DNA of 62,602 bases, filler included, from Choristocarpus tenellus KU-1152 (taxonomy: Eukaryota; Protista; Phaeophyceae), in the NCBI GenBank assembly GCA_964200185.2. It is 9 parts of 9 records of this genome, joined end to end, with 100 filler letters (N's around TTAATTAATTAA, not from the genome) between each part and the next. Parts side by side here need not be neighbours in the genome. Positions count along the whole stretch, not along the records: positions 10,655 to 18,190 come from CAXNAD020005994.1; positions 18,291 to 20,842 come from CAXNAD020026835.1; positions 20,943 to 38,573 come from CAXNAD020000645.1; 6 more parts are not named here. One strand, given 5' to 3'. Both the position numbers and the translations under genes were made by a program. This document shows positions 13,801-27,100 of the stretch, in pieces. The notes under the pieces were generated by a model. It was not told the DNA's origin and ran no database searches. It saw only the letters and a list, made by a program, of their open reading frames with translations. The number at the start of each line of letters is the position of its first letter. Position 1 is the first letter of the stretch.

Positions 13801-16800
13801 TACACATAGTTCACAGAGTTGCTCTCAAGCTTGATGATGTCATCTCACTGTATCTCAGCATCAAGGGGAAGACAGTGTTCTACTAGAAAACCATAAGAGA
13901 GTAGTTTGAAAGAGTATATATATATACATTGGTGGAAGAGGCATCTAGTTTCTGCTCCTTGATAAGATGTGCCCCTCCAGTATTCCCTCATTATTTACAC
14001 ATCTAAGGAAACAATTTTTACTCTTTAGTGTATGGAACCAGAGGGAAGAGAAACCCCAGCCAATCCCAACCACCAAAACTCTCCACATCTCGCAAACAGA
14101 TCCATTGCGCCCATTCCTAGCATCTTTGCTTTGGGCACTACAGTAGTAGACTTCTCTTGTTAACGCGTTGGTTCTTCTTTTCTTCTTATGGTCAGTTTCA
14201 CATATGTTTGCAGTCTGACCCGTGGTCTAAAGATACGCTCCACAAATCTAGTGCACTACCCTCCATGATGCCTTGCTTCTTCCGACCTGGTTCCAGCCAT
14301 CCCACGCCTTGTTGAATTCCCCTCCTCTGTCAAATCTGATCCATGTTTGCCCGGGGGCACCGCTTGGCAAGTAAAAAGATGACCGCAGTTGTTTTTGTTC
14401 TTGTGTGGGGTCATGTAGGGAAAGTCTATGCCTAGGCACTCTTCGTGGTACTTGCCATGTGGACTAGCCATGTGGCTGCCAGCAAAGCAAGTTTCCCCAC
14501 AATAACTGTAGTATGGTGTGATTAAATTCAAATCCATAACTGGTGTTGCCCACCAGGACATGTCAGATGGCCTTCAGCTTTGAATGGCAGAGATTCCTAA
14601 CACTATTTATTCCCCTTGGCTACCTTCTTCGGTCCTCACAATCTGCTTTACTGTATCCGATAACTTTACCCCTTCCCCCTGGTATATGCTTGTAAAACTT
14701 GGTACTTGCACTAAGATAATTCCTTGAGTACCTCTTGAGCCTTGTTTCAATCCCATGAACCGGTGTGCAAACACACTCCACAGTTCATTTCCACAACCCC
14801 ATATGCTGTACAAATGTGGGAATGTCTGTACTGGTTGTGCAGGTACGCATGCTTGGCATTGGGACAGCTGTGCTCGGCAGCATCCAATCACAAGGAGGTT
14901 ATTGAGAGTGGCGGTATTGAGGCTCTGTGTTCCTCCCTGGATCCTGACGATGAGGAAACGGTATTCAATGCAGCATATGCACTCAACAAACTTGCCATGA
15001 ATGAGGATAACCATGAGGCGAGTCCCCTTGCAGCCTTGAGAGGCCTTGCTTTTGGAAAAAAAGCACTGTGTTTGCCGAAGTGTAGATTTAAAAAAATGGA
15101 TATTCACTAGTAATATATATATATACCCATTCTTAGGGTCCTTGAATGTCTGACCTCTCAGGACAACTCTAGGTGAGATTATACGGCATGAACTAAAACG
15201 TAGGAAACGCTAAGTACTAGACAGAGAGTTCTGTGACCGCTCCCCTTTCAGAAGTGCATACCATGAGTAGCAACCCATTTTTCATGCCCTCGTACTAACT
15301 CTTATGATTTTTTTTTGCACATGGACTCTTTTCACACTAGATGACGCCTTATATGCAGTACACCCTATGTGTTTTCCATCTTGACTCTTCATGTGTCTGC
15401 ACAAGATCTTCATATTGCACTGTACTCTTTGCTGTAGTGCAGCATCGTTGGGTTCAAAAGCTTGATGTTCAGAGTCTGTCTCGAACTACATACGCAGTAT
15501 ACTTCTATCGACAGTGTTATTTATTTTCATAATTAGGAATAATTCGATATTGAGCCAATAGATGCATTTACTTTGCAACCTCCCCTACAACATTAGCATC
15601 ATTCAGTCCCTCTCACCGGAACACGTCTACTCTCAAACATCTCCAAGTCTTTCAGGTAAGAGTTCGGCAAAATGTTAAGAAATACGCTTTGAGACTAACT
15701 TAGGGATATCTAATCATCAGTGTTGCAAAGAAATGCCACAAATTATTTTTTTCTGGGGCGAAAGTGGACTTGTATATTTCGATGAAAAAAGAAGAAATAC
15801 ACGCAAGTGGTGGAGCAGAGCCTGGAGATAATCTGCATCCAACAGCAAGTGCAATCCCTCAATAATGACAACTCATTATGCCATCATTTCATTCGTGCCT
15901 TGGGGAGTGTTTCATACTCTGTTTGTACTCATCTCTCATTATGTGAAAGACTACTATGCTACAGTGCTGTTCTTTGAGTTCTGGTACCAGTACCCAAGGT
16001 CTTGTCCTCTTTAGTCAGGTGGGATCTCGCCAACTCATCATTTCCTCACTAAGTCCCCACCTTTCCTCCAAACACACCTACTCAGATAATGGGAGATAAA
16101 ATGATTTCTAAGCCCCTTGTGAATGTGATCGACACCATTGAGGACACCAACATCATTGGTCAGGCGACATCAACCTTGCGAAGACTTGCTGCTAATGCAG
16201 ACAATGCTATCAACATGGTCTATGTGAGAATAGTATAGGCAAAGCCTGGGAGCAGTGTTTGTATGTGTGTGTATGGCGGAGTGGGGGATAGACTACTGCA
16301 ATGCTAGGGCCTGTCCAGGTGCTATTGGTAGTGACTAAGACTTCTGCTTGGATGGGGATTGCGACTTTGTACCTTGTACTTTGTACTTTGTACAGAATAT
16401 TTGATTGAGGGTGTTTCATGCATCTCTTTTCAGTACTTACACCTTTCCTCACGCCCGACAGCCTCCTGCCACAATGGGCACTGCTAATAGGACTGATCGT
16501 TAGACTTGTCAAATTTTGGTGAAAAGAGCAACAGGCCCAAATGCAGCTGCCCATAGTCTATCACACAAGTCTTTCTTAGACAGGCACGAAAAGCACATCG
16601 CCACTTCACTCTATATTCCTAACACAATACTAGAGCTCCACATAAAATGTCATCAAACTAAGGGCTTGTTTAACTTGACAGTGGCATGCATCAAATTGAC
16701 ACTTTGACTTACTGTATGTACTTTTATACTCACGCCATAGAAAATACTTGCCCCAGCCTCTCATCCATCGCCCCTTTCACCACTAAACCTCGCCATGCGT

Positions 16801-18113
16801 CCCTTCCTTCCAATTACGAATACTTTTGTATTGCTTTCAGCACGGTGTTCTTGAGGCGCTGAAGGGCGTCTGTGAGGCTGTGGGCTGTGTTGAGAATCAG
16901 CGAGAGGCTGCAGCTCTGCTGTGTGCTCTAGCCATTCCCGTTGAGAACAAGCTCTCCCTTTCATACAGTGCGTTGTTGGAGCCCCTCATGCACATGTGCC
17001 AGAGTGCAGATGTTGAGGTAAATGATTACTGTAAAGGATGGGGGTTTCAGGGATGAAGGGATAGAGAGGACAAGAGGCCGGATACCGCGATCTGAGCGAT
17101 TTGATTCCAGTATGGTTGAGAAGATAATGTTTGTTTAAAGTAAGTTTTACAGCATCCAGGAGCAGGTCCACAGGAAGCTAGGATATAGTGCTGTACTGTC
17201 TGCACTCTCAATGTAGAGGTCATCCTCAGTTCTCTTTCCACACACACACACAATTTCCCCAGGTCTTTGGTGTAGCCCAAACGTACCAGTTGCTATCACA
17301 AAGGCCATGGAACTATACTCAAATACACATTTATATACCCCAAAAAATCATTTCAAACCGCTTTCAGGTGGCACGGTTGGCGTGTGGGGCAGTGGCAAAC
17401 GCTGTTGAAGATTCTTCTACACACCCAGCATTCTTGACGAAGTCCAATGCTGTGCATTACATGGTATTCCTCATGCGCAGCAGGCACCTTAGTGTACACA
17501 GGGAGGCTTCAAGAGCATGTGGCAACCTCCTCACAAGCAAGGATGCACACCGTGATTTCGTCTCTGAGGTAGGTTCAATGTGGAACCACTTCTGGAGCCT
17601 TCCCTACCTGTAATTCTGTCTGAGATCAAACATTGCCTTCACCCAAGGTCCAAATATATAGTGCGCGCCAACATACAGTTGTCAACAGACTCCAGCCTGT
17701 CCAAAAAATTCTAATACTTCCGATGACCAACTACTCTGAGAGCGGTCCGACTGTACCCTGCTTCTTATGTTGAAGCATATTGCCATAGGTCCTATTCCAC
17801 ATATCCCATCATGGCCATGCTATCAACATTAATAAAACCCTGTACTCCCCTATCTCCCAACTATTTATGTCGCAAAACGTTTCAGGATGGTCTACGAAGC
17901 CTGCTCCTTGTAGCCAGCTCGCTGGATAATGAGTGTCAATACAACGCCGCCATCATCTACCGAAAATTGTGCTCAGATGTTCACACTCATGACTACGTAG
18001 TGGGTCGGGGGGGGCTTCAGGCTTTGCTGGGGCTGTTGCAGCTGAGGGGTGTGGGGACGCAACGGCAAGCTGCTGCTGCCCTCCGTGATGTGTGCTCCAA
18101 CAAGGACCACAAG
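10832..18113 (+). CDS. Armadillo-repeat protein (Vac8-like), internal portion; exons 10832-11304, 12165-12780, 13382-13581, 14843-15017, 16086-16223, 16841-17017, 17368-17568, 17886-18113
   Basis: Many ARM repeats (GGALTPLITIA, EGGLPPLVSLA, AVGALANLS, SGGIEALCSSL, GGLQALLGLL...QRQAAAALRDVCS). All exon phases join, using a GC donor at 15018. Both ends are lost at contig breaks. Confidence 0.92.
14150..14480 (-). mobile_element. Decayed 3' fragment of an RTE-like LINE inside an ARM gene intron
   Basis: Minus-strand translation PSGAPGQTW...WDGWNQVGRSKASWRVV...KKKRR resembles the GRPxxTW...W...A.DR..WR C-terminus of RTE-clade ORF2; interrupted by stops. Confidence 0.45.
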
Positions 18114-18339
18114 GTAGGCACCTCCAATAATGTGATGTGTGGGGGTGGAATGACCCAAAGTATCTGTGTGGGAGGGGGGGTCTGCACCAGNNNNNNNNNN
18201 NNNNNNNNNNNNNNNNNNNNNNNNNNNNNNNNNNTTAATTAATTAANNNNNNNNNNNNNNNNNNNNNNNNNNNNNNNNNNNNNNNNNNNNTTTGTGTGGG
18301 TTTGGTTTTGGGGTTTTTTTTTTTTGGGTGGTGGGGTGT

Positions 18340-18378
<39 letters not shown>

Positions 18379-18527
18379 CCATTTTTAGCACAAATGGCAC
18401 CCTGTCAAGATTTTTTTTTTTCCACTTTTTCTCTTTAACATACAGACAGTTCTGTATTTATTTATTTATGAAAATAAAAAAATTCCTGACTGCTCTTGTC
18501 CTCCCGGCACCTGTCTATTCCGGACAG

Positions 18528-20476
18528 ATTAGGATTGGTCCAAACTTCCAAGCTGAGATTCCACCTTATGTCGGAGGCTCGCAGCTTGCAGTGCCTCCCA
18601 AGGAGGAACTTGAGGTATTTCAGAAGTTTTCCGACTGGCATCTTTCATCTTTCGTGGTAGGGTTAACTGATGTTTCAGTTTGTGCTACACCTGTCATAGT
18701 ACTTGCTAATATTTCAGTTCATGCTGCAGCCATGGTCATAGCGAAACAAGAGATGCTAGACGCCGCTCAAACTTAAAATTCCTGTCGGGTACTCCCTAAA
18801 TAGAAGATTATACCCTGAGCTCTATTAATTTTATCTAAAATTTTTATCGTACGTTAATAATCCGAAATTTCTGAGGTTTGCGGTTAGAACCCCTACTGTA
18901 TATAACCATTAGAAACGCAGAAGAGACTTATCCATTTTACTATTTTTTAATCCTATATCCTGTTTTAAAAATCCATGCAATTATAGATACAAATATTATG
19001 GTAAATATCGTAATCATAGTAACACTCATGGCTGGACTGATATCCGAACTTTCATAAAAACTCCATCTAACCCCAGGTGTTGGGACCAGTCTCCGCCGGG
19101 TTGACAGATGAGATGTTTTGTGTGTATGAAGTGTTTCATTTGTAAGTAATATATATATATCTGTGTGTGTGTGTGTGTGTGTGTGAACCTGGGGGTGCAA
19201 ATGAGAAGTGATGCATGCTGCCAGTTGACGTTTGCTTCCGCATTTTTTGGTATTTTCTGCATTGACATGTTGTAACTGATGTCAGAGATTTTGACCCCTT
19301 CCCCCCCCCCCCATTCCGTTCCTCCCTGTGCCATTCATTGTGCATCGTGTGGAAGTACCCCCCTGTGTCAAATGAAACTGAGTTCATGCTGCGTATGTTA
19401 GGTTGTCTGTTGCCTGTTGCCTGTTGTCTCCTGGTAGAGTAAAGGGCATGATGAGCCTGTCGTGGGTGTTGGCCATAAAGATGTCTGAGCAAGAGTGAAT
19501 TCAAAAGCGTCCAATTCAAGGTGTGAAACTGCCGCATACGCAGGCGGTTTATGAATAGCTTCCACTTGTGAACCTGTTGTGGGATGTACAGACAGTCTTC
19601 CCTCTGAGACCATCTAATTGACCCGTGAGAGTACACACTAACAGCAGGGCTATGTTTATCTCCGTTGTGTTGATACGGGGGTGCAGTGAATTAGCGGAGA
19701 GGATAATACGAGTCAACTCTTTTTTATATATTTCTCGAAGGGCACTCTAACCTTAGCATTACCCCCTACCCTAACCCTGGTTCTAACCCTAACCCTTGCC
19801 CCTCTTTGTTGCTTGTCATATGCCTCTTGTCGTACGCCTTGTCTGTGTTTGATGTGCTGGGTACATGTGTATCACTTGGTTGTCAACGTACACGTTGACA
19901 CGACCGTCTGCTCTTGATAGTTGAGCTATCTTATGTGGTCACCCACTTTCATCGTAGAAGATAACAGTATAGAGACTTTCCTTATAGAGGCAAGGAGGCT
20001 CCTGCCCCCCCCCCCTGGGTACCTTGTTCGGATCTTGAGACAGAGGTGCAGCAAATGCGCACCCACCAATGCCGGTGGTTTTGGTAGAGAGGGGGAAGGC
20101 GGCGGCAGAGACAGGGGTTGCAGCTGCGCTGCAACCGGCAACGGTCGAGGTAAGACGTGCAAGCTGGTTCTTGAGTGGGGATTGGTTACTCGAAATCCAT
20201 CTGCCAACACCTCTTGGGAAGAGATGGGTAGAGGAGAAGTGGCCCCCGAGCCTCCTGCGGGGATGGTGGAAAGTGGAGGGAGTTGTGAGGGCCAGGAAGG
20301 CGAAGGGTCTGGGGGTGTGGGGAGGGCGGCAACGAAGAGAGAGCTGAGAGGGGCGGGAGAAGGAGAGGTTTGGATCAGCTGTGGGAGCGGGGGGCCTGTG
20401 GTGAGAGTAGAGGTTGAAGATGTGATACACCGAGGGTTCGAAGAGGAGGCGTTGAAGCTACTGGCCGAAGCCAGAG
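18528..20476 (+). CDS. ELM2-domain chromatin co-repressor-like protein, partial; exons 18528-18614, 19921-20476
   Basis: ELM2 signature IRIGPNFQAEIP, then LMWSP...IETFL...EEEALKLL with a long Gly-rich insert. Canonical splice sites, phase 0 join. Confidence 0.85.
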
Positions 20477-21562
20477 GTGGGTGACGTCTGCATTATTATT
20501 TTTTTGTTATACGGGTCGTATTGCTTGAGGGTTAGGGTTAGGGTTAGGGTTAGTGCACTACTTCTGAGCGTCTGAAGAGGATATCATTTTGTGAGATATT
20601 GGGAAAAATGCTGTTGTTGAAGATTGCACCATGTTTTAGAATTAGAGCGCCCCCAGTATCTATTGCAACGTATATTCGAGCAAAATTTGGCCCCTCCTGG
20701 GATACTCGGCCTGCTACTGGCCTGCCCGTGGCAGTTTGAATTATCTGGGGGGGGGGGGGGGGGGGGGAGGTCGGGAGGGGGGGGGGGGGGGGAGGGGGGT
20801 GAGGTGGGGGGGGGGGCCGTTTATATAAAAAAAAAAAAAAAANNNNNNNNNNNNNNNNNNNNNNNNNNNNNNNNNNNNNNNNNNNNTTAATTAATTAANN
20901 NNNNNNNNNNNNNNNNNNNNNNNNNNNNNNNNNNNNNNNNNNAGTTTCTCAACCCCCCCACCCCCCCCCACAGACACACCTAGACAGTTGTTGTGCATGT
21001 CGGAAAACAGGTCTGGGAACAACTGTGTATAGATATGCTCACTTACATTTTGCAGATAGATGCCATGAGAAAGACAAGGCCGAAGTAGAACACAACAAAT
21101 ACAACAATTATAATGAAAAACTCTGCTGATCTACCACTATTTTTGTCATTTTACATAATGGTGTTGCGAACAAGAGAGATGACCTTACTGCATGACGATA
21201 CAAGTAGTTATGTTGTTAGCTTTCAAATGCTTATTTTAGGGGTGTGTCTTGGCCTTGATGGCAACTGTTGCATCTAGAGCAATCCTTCTCATTTAGTTTT
21301 GGTCTTGGTTTCCCCTCAACGTCTTCAAAATATCAGAAGGGCATAATATATATACAAGTAGTATAAATAGTACCTACATCAGTTCCCGTTACAAATTTAG
21401 CGGGGATGAGATGATAGTGGACACGTCCATCTAGAATAGGGCGATTTAGGAATGAGGCAAAGTTTATAGTGGTATCGTGAACCAGAACAGTACAATCACC
21501 TCGATTAAAATAATATAAACATGGAATGTGTGAATCGTATGATTCTTTGGTGACGTCACTCA

Positions 21563-21818
21563 GACCCAAAGCATTTAAGAGAGTAGGAGTTTTGCTCTGT
21601 TTGTCCGTTCGGGGTTTGTCTTTCCACGGTTTTTTATGCCCTTTCTCGGTTTTCTGTGTGAACACAGTTACCTAACTTGTATATGACTATGGAATGTGTG
21701 TCTGGAGCAAGGATATTGACACTACTTGCTAGCAAAGACGATAGCCAAAATTAATCAAAATCGCAACATTGGATTTATGACCCTAAGCGGACGCGACCCT
21801 CTTAAATGCTTTGGGTTC
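21563..21818 (+). mobile_element. MITE family A variant (TIR GACCCAAAGCATTTAAGAG), TSD TCA
   Basis: Inverted termini, TCA at 21560-21562 and 21819-21821, internal similarity to family A. Confidence 0.85.
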
Positions 21819-22356
21819 TCAGTCAAGGGTGGTAAAGCGAATCACCCGGCAAGACGGATCAGACGGACCAAGACGAACCGTAACCGAGAGGAGGATTTGG
21901 GCCACTGGTCTCTTGAAGAGATTCCATGGATTCAATCTGACGAAAGAATTCCTGAAAGATCTCATGAAAGATTCTCCTGTAGAATCTAACAAGGAACCTC
22001 AGTCGGTGTGACGGTATATGGTATATGGTATATGGCAATGATGGTATGATAACAGACAACCCTGCTTTCTTATTATTATGCCCTCTGACATTTTCCAGAT
22101 GTGTCAAGGGGAAAAACCAACGAAAAATCATTCAAATAATGTCAAAACAACCCCTAAAAAAAAGATGTTAACAGTTGTCGAAAATGTGAAAGATATCTTT
22201 CTATAATCTATTTACAATTTTACTATCAACTATGCTACACCGCTGTCCTCCTGTGCCTTCAACCTAGCTTTGTCCTGCACCTTAGGATGAGGAGCTAGGG
22301 AAGCATCCTAAGAATCTTACAAGCTCCTCCTTGCCCATCTCCCTGGTGTCTCCAGC

Positions 22357-22590
22357 TTAATATCTATGCATGAGACGTCTAGATAGAGCTAGCTGTGTTG
22401 TGACAGACACTATCTGTCGTAGACAGGATTTGACAGCCCCTGTCCTGCTGTAGCCTCCTGCCCCTCTCCCTCCTACCACGTGCGTAGCCAACTCATTGAG
22501 AAAACTTTGTACTTGCTTACCGAGGCACCTAAAACTTTCCACCACGAAGGTGTTGAGGTTATGACTACGAGGGCTCTTTTGACCCTCTTC
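22357..22590 (-). mobile_element. 3' remnant of a CRE/R2-like non-LTR retrotransposon (end of restriction-like endonuclease region)
   Basis: RSHNLNTFVVESFRCLGKQVQSFLNELATHVVGG...LRQIVSVTTQLALSRR matches the 'F.VE.FG.LG......L..LA' REL C-terminal pattern. Confidence 0.7.
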
Positions 22591-24124
22591 AAAAATATTT
22601 ATCGTAACTTGAAAACCATAAAGGTCAGGTAGTTGGGTTATTTCTTGACTCTTCTGTTCTGAGCCTTCGGCAAAAACAGTTGTAATGAGGTCCCCACCAA
22701 CTGTGACTTTTCTTGAAGTTGATTCCTTCACAATGGTGCCATGCCTTTAAGCGGGTGATGAGAGAAGCGACTACAAAAATAACCCACTAAATATTTCGTG
22801 GTGACGAGGGAGGATTCCATCTCTTACACACTTAGGCAACACTTGTTGTGTTTTGGTCATTCCTGCTTGGCAGGCGGACTTTGATATGGTGGATGGCGTT
22901 CTTCTTGTCATCTGGGAGTATTGCTACACTGCAGCAAGGAGATTTAAATTGGACTCTTACCATTTGTAGCTTTATAGTCTTCGTACGTAGCATCTGACTC
23001 AAGGTGGATGCATGGGAGGATGTCAAGGAAGTGAAGAAGGTAGTTGGCAAATTTTAAGACTAGGTAGAGAAATATAGTCACACCAGCAGCAGCAGGGTAT
23101 TTTTCTAGAGTTATCATTCATAGTGCCACTGGCTGTTGTCGAAGAGGGAAGACGTACAGTGTCATTTGCTACCTACTTCTTATCTTATCATTCAGATGTC
23201 ATCGTAACTGATATAAGCAGGTATGCTGCATAGAAAAAGGTCGTACATTATAAATAAATAAATAATAATAATAACGTTTCTGAAGGAGCAATAACTCTTG
23301 AACTACTGCGACAGGTACTTGTAAACAAGGACCCAGTTTGTTGTTGGTTGTGTTTGTTGTACAACCTCTCTTCTCCACTTTCTCTACTAATGATATCTCA
23401 ATAAATTTTGGTGGGAACGTAACAGCTATAATTAATACTGTAGAAGCAATTATTGTCTGTAAATCGTGACGAAGCCCCCTTCGCAACCCAGTAGTAGTGC
23501 CTTCTTCGTTCCTCCTACCATCCTGTGCAGCATGATGGCAAAATGGTAAGGGCAGAGAGAGATGGGTCAATATCACACTACTCATGATGGTGTAGATACC
23601 CACCCCCACCTTCCCCAGAATATCCTTGGACACAGTTACTTGTGGGTCATCACGCATTCATGGAACGGCGAGGCGAGGTTGCTTGTGTGGTCCACACATT
23701 TCAAGAAAGTAGGAAAACAGAAAATCTAAGGAAGAAGGTTAGGGAGGAAGCATGGTCGAATCAAGACTTCCTCTCATTACCCACCAGAATAATAGCCACA
23801 ATCATGCAGGTAGAGAGTAAGTTGATCAAACCTGGAAAATGTTTTTGCTCCTCAACTCGATCAAACCACAAGAAATTGAGAATTCCTGAGTGAATGAAAT
23901 AGATGGTGTTACCCAAGTTATGGTTTTACGATTTCCTTCGTTTACATAATATGAGTGGACAACAATTTGTGCGCGCATTGCGCGAGGAATTTGAAGGTGA
24001 TACTCACATACAATTAAGGAGTTAGACGTTTTTGGAGGACGTTCATTTGAAGAAGAACCGATCTTAAAACTAGTACAGACTAGAGCAAACCGAACAACGA
24101 CGAAGAGAAAGGGAACTCGGCGCA

Positions 24125-27100
24125 ATGTCCACCAACGTAGGAACTGAATTAAAGGTATAAACCGGTTGTCTCCTGACTGTGGTTGTGTTTCCATCATGCA
24201 TTGCTCCATCTTTCTTTCCTGCCTCTGTTTCTTCCAGCAGATCTCAACAGTAGAAACCACATCCTATCAGAAGGCATCATCAGTCAAAATTGGACTTACG
24301 TTTTCTTCTCCACCTTGGTGGCAACACTCTCGCCATAGACCATTGCACCTGATAATTAGAGTCTGCTAAAAAATTATTTGCTCATAGTTGCAAGCTTGAC
24401 CTCAGCATGTGTTGTTATTGTTACTTGACAGGAGAAGGGGAACCAGGCTTTTGCAGCAAACAACTACGATGAGGCCGATAAATTTTATACACAGGCCATA
24501 TCTGCCCTGGGGTGCGTGTCTCTATGAGTGTGTTTTCCTTTGGTCACGTTCGACTGCTTTGTGTGACCTGGCTTTATGTGCTGAATGTGCTGCACACAAG
24601 CCCCAATTTATACAGTTTCCAGTCGACAAGTGTATGTCTGCAACTGTTGGCTGACCCTTTTTTTGGTTGGAACATTTTGCTCGTGACTCCAAGTTTATGG
24701 TCGTGAAACTACGTCTGGTGGTGCCTCTCTGACGACAGTACACTGCATACAATTGTCCCATGTTAAAGTTTGTTGTGCATGGATCGTGTTGTAAGACTAT
24801 TCTCTGGACAATTGACCACAGGGGTCTTGGAATCCTTTCTCGTCATTTTCTCATCGACTTAGATGAAGGGGGAAATGTACATTTTTCGCTTTGGCAAGCA
24901 ATAACGGAACCAATTAGAATCACGGACCAATGAATTTCATCCCTCGAAGGTTCATCTCGCCTTGGCCATCGCCTTGAGAGGTGGACAATGTCGATCTCGT
25001 ACAGCTCGAGCAATTTGGCTCCCAACGCCTCTACTGGTGCCCTAACAACAAGCATTGCCTCTGCTCTCACTGTTCCTCAGGTATGGCGTCCCTCACACCC
25101 TCTATGGCAACAGGGCCGCTGCACGCCTGGGCATGGGAAATAATGAGGAGGCATTAGAGGATGCGGAGGTGACGTGATGAGTTTTATTTTGGATTATAGA
25201 TGTCCCTTTGTGTGCAAGAAAAATAGCAAGACTTGTTGGATTACCTAATTGACATTATTTCATGACCATCCGAGCTGCAATCTGGGTGTATGGCTACGCG
25301 CACAAGCCCATTCTGACCAGAGTGTAAGTGAATGCATGGCGTGTTGATGCCCTTGGCTGCAGATGACACTGTGATTGAATGCAAGTGGCAGCAATGTGTT
25401 GTGACACATGTTTGCTACACAAAGGAAGGACTGTAGATCTGTGCTGTTTAAGAAGAGAAGCCACAATACATATTGTCATGTGTTTTGGTATCTGAGGTAT
25501 ACTGTGTTGGATGCAAGTTTAGACACAATTATGTTTGTTACCTGTTTCACAATGACAGCAACTACAGATGTCTAAAGATGCTCCAAATATCACTGGGTGG
25601 CAAGGCAGTGATGAGGAATGAATTGGGTACATATCAGAAGCAAGATGTTGCCCTGAATGATGTCTGTGATTATCGTGTTGATTGGGAGGGTGTGATCTTG
25701 CAGTTCCCAGCTACAGTTGAAGACAGTTATGTAGGATACAAACATTGTGCTATTCCCCTTACCAAGGCTAGAATTGTTGCTTCCCACCTGCTTAGCCAAT
25801 CATGTCCTTCCCCTTTCCCACCCAAATGTTGTTGACTTGAAGTTGCACTATTGCCAACCTCATGTGGAAGTTCACGACTGTCTTCTTTTGGGGTACTTGA
25901 CTTCTATTGTGTTGGCAGGAGTCAATCAGAAGGGATCCAAAGTGGATCAAAGGTTATCACCGAAAGGCATGTGCTCATCGAGGGATGGGGCAAGGGGGGC
26001 TGGCCCTTGATGCTTACCTCCAGGCTGCCAAGGTGGAGCCTGACAACAGGTTGTTCTTTTCACCACAACAATTGGATTGATTGCAACTTGTATTGATATC
26101 AAGCGCACCTCATGTTGTTACCTTTTTCAGTTACAGAATGTTTTTTGATGCAGTCTACATCCTGTTGAGGTCTTAGTGCAGGTGCATTGTGTGTACAGTG
26201 GGGGACTGTAAAGTAAGGTCAAGGATTGTTTCTTATACTACAGAGAGTGTGCAGCAAAGGGAACTTTCTACAATCTTTTTTTGGTTTGCCAATGGAAGCG
26301 TGTGTGTATAGCTGTAGAATATTCGTTGCTCTGATGTGCAATTTGTTTTGTTTTGTTTTAAAATTTGGTAGAAGGAGGATGTCTTCGTTCTGATTGGTGA
26401 GTGCATTTTTGCCAGTTTTCAGCATGTAATCTGCATGCTATACGAATTGATGTGTGTGACATGGCTATCTTGCTTTATACTATGTGGCTGTGTTTTGGCT
26501 GTACATGAATGCAGGAGATTCTTCCAAATTTTCCTATGTTGCGTTCTTGAAGACAGTCTGTGTTCTGTCCTACAGTAATTAGATTCCTTGGCTCTTGGTG
26601 TCCAGCTTCTGGGAAAAAATACATCCTCACAAACGCAGACCTCACACCCTTTTGTCGAGGCAAAGTGCAGATAATGTTGTACCTAGGATTCCGGTCCAGT
26701 GTACCTGCGTGGTGGCACTCTTTGTAGGGGTTTGAGCTCTGAAGATTTAATGACCTGGACAATGACTAGCTAAAGTCTTGCTAAGCATGCCATTGTAGGC
26801 AGCATTTGGATGTCCTTGATTTTGTTTTTTATTAGGTGAAAATTTTAGTTTGAGAGGTCAACTCCGGTTGTTGTTGTATTTCCCCCCTTTCAAAATCCTT
26901 TTAGATATTTCTGAGTGCAGTTTGTAGCTCTCACTGCAGCCCCACTTATTTCAAGCTATTTCAAGCCATTTCAAGCCAAGATCACGAGTAACAGCAGCAG
27001 TTGCTTAATTTGTTGTGGGCCTTATTTTTCACTCCATTGTTGATGTGTTTATGGGGGGTTACCTGTTGATTTCAACCTTAAAGAGTACTTTCATGAACAG

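Noticed and set aside
18330-18380. Long poly-G/poly-C runs here and near other contig ends (possible G-quadruplexes)
   Set aside because: They cluster at contig ends and run lengths are unreliable; probable sequencing or assembly artefacts.
21811-22011. Short ORF vaguely like a GIY-YIG/Penelope C-terminus
   Set aside because: Similarity too weak, and the start is supplied by a MITE end.
23199-23657. 152-aa minus-strand ORF divergent from the TPR gene
   Set aside because: No domain, low-complexity end and no consistent exon chain.
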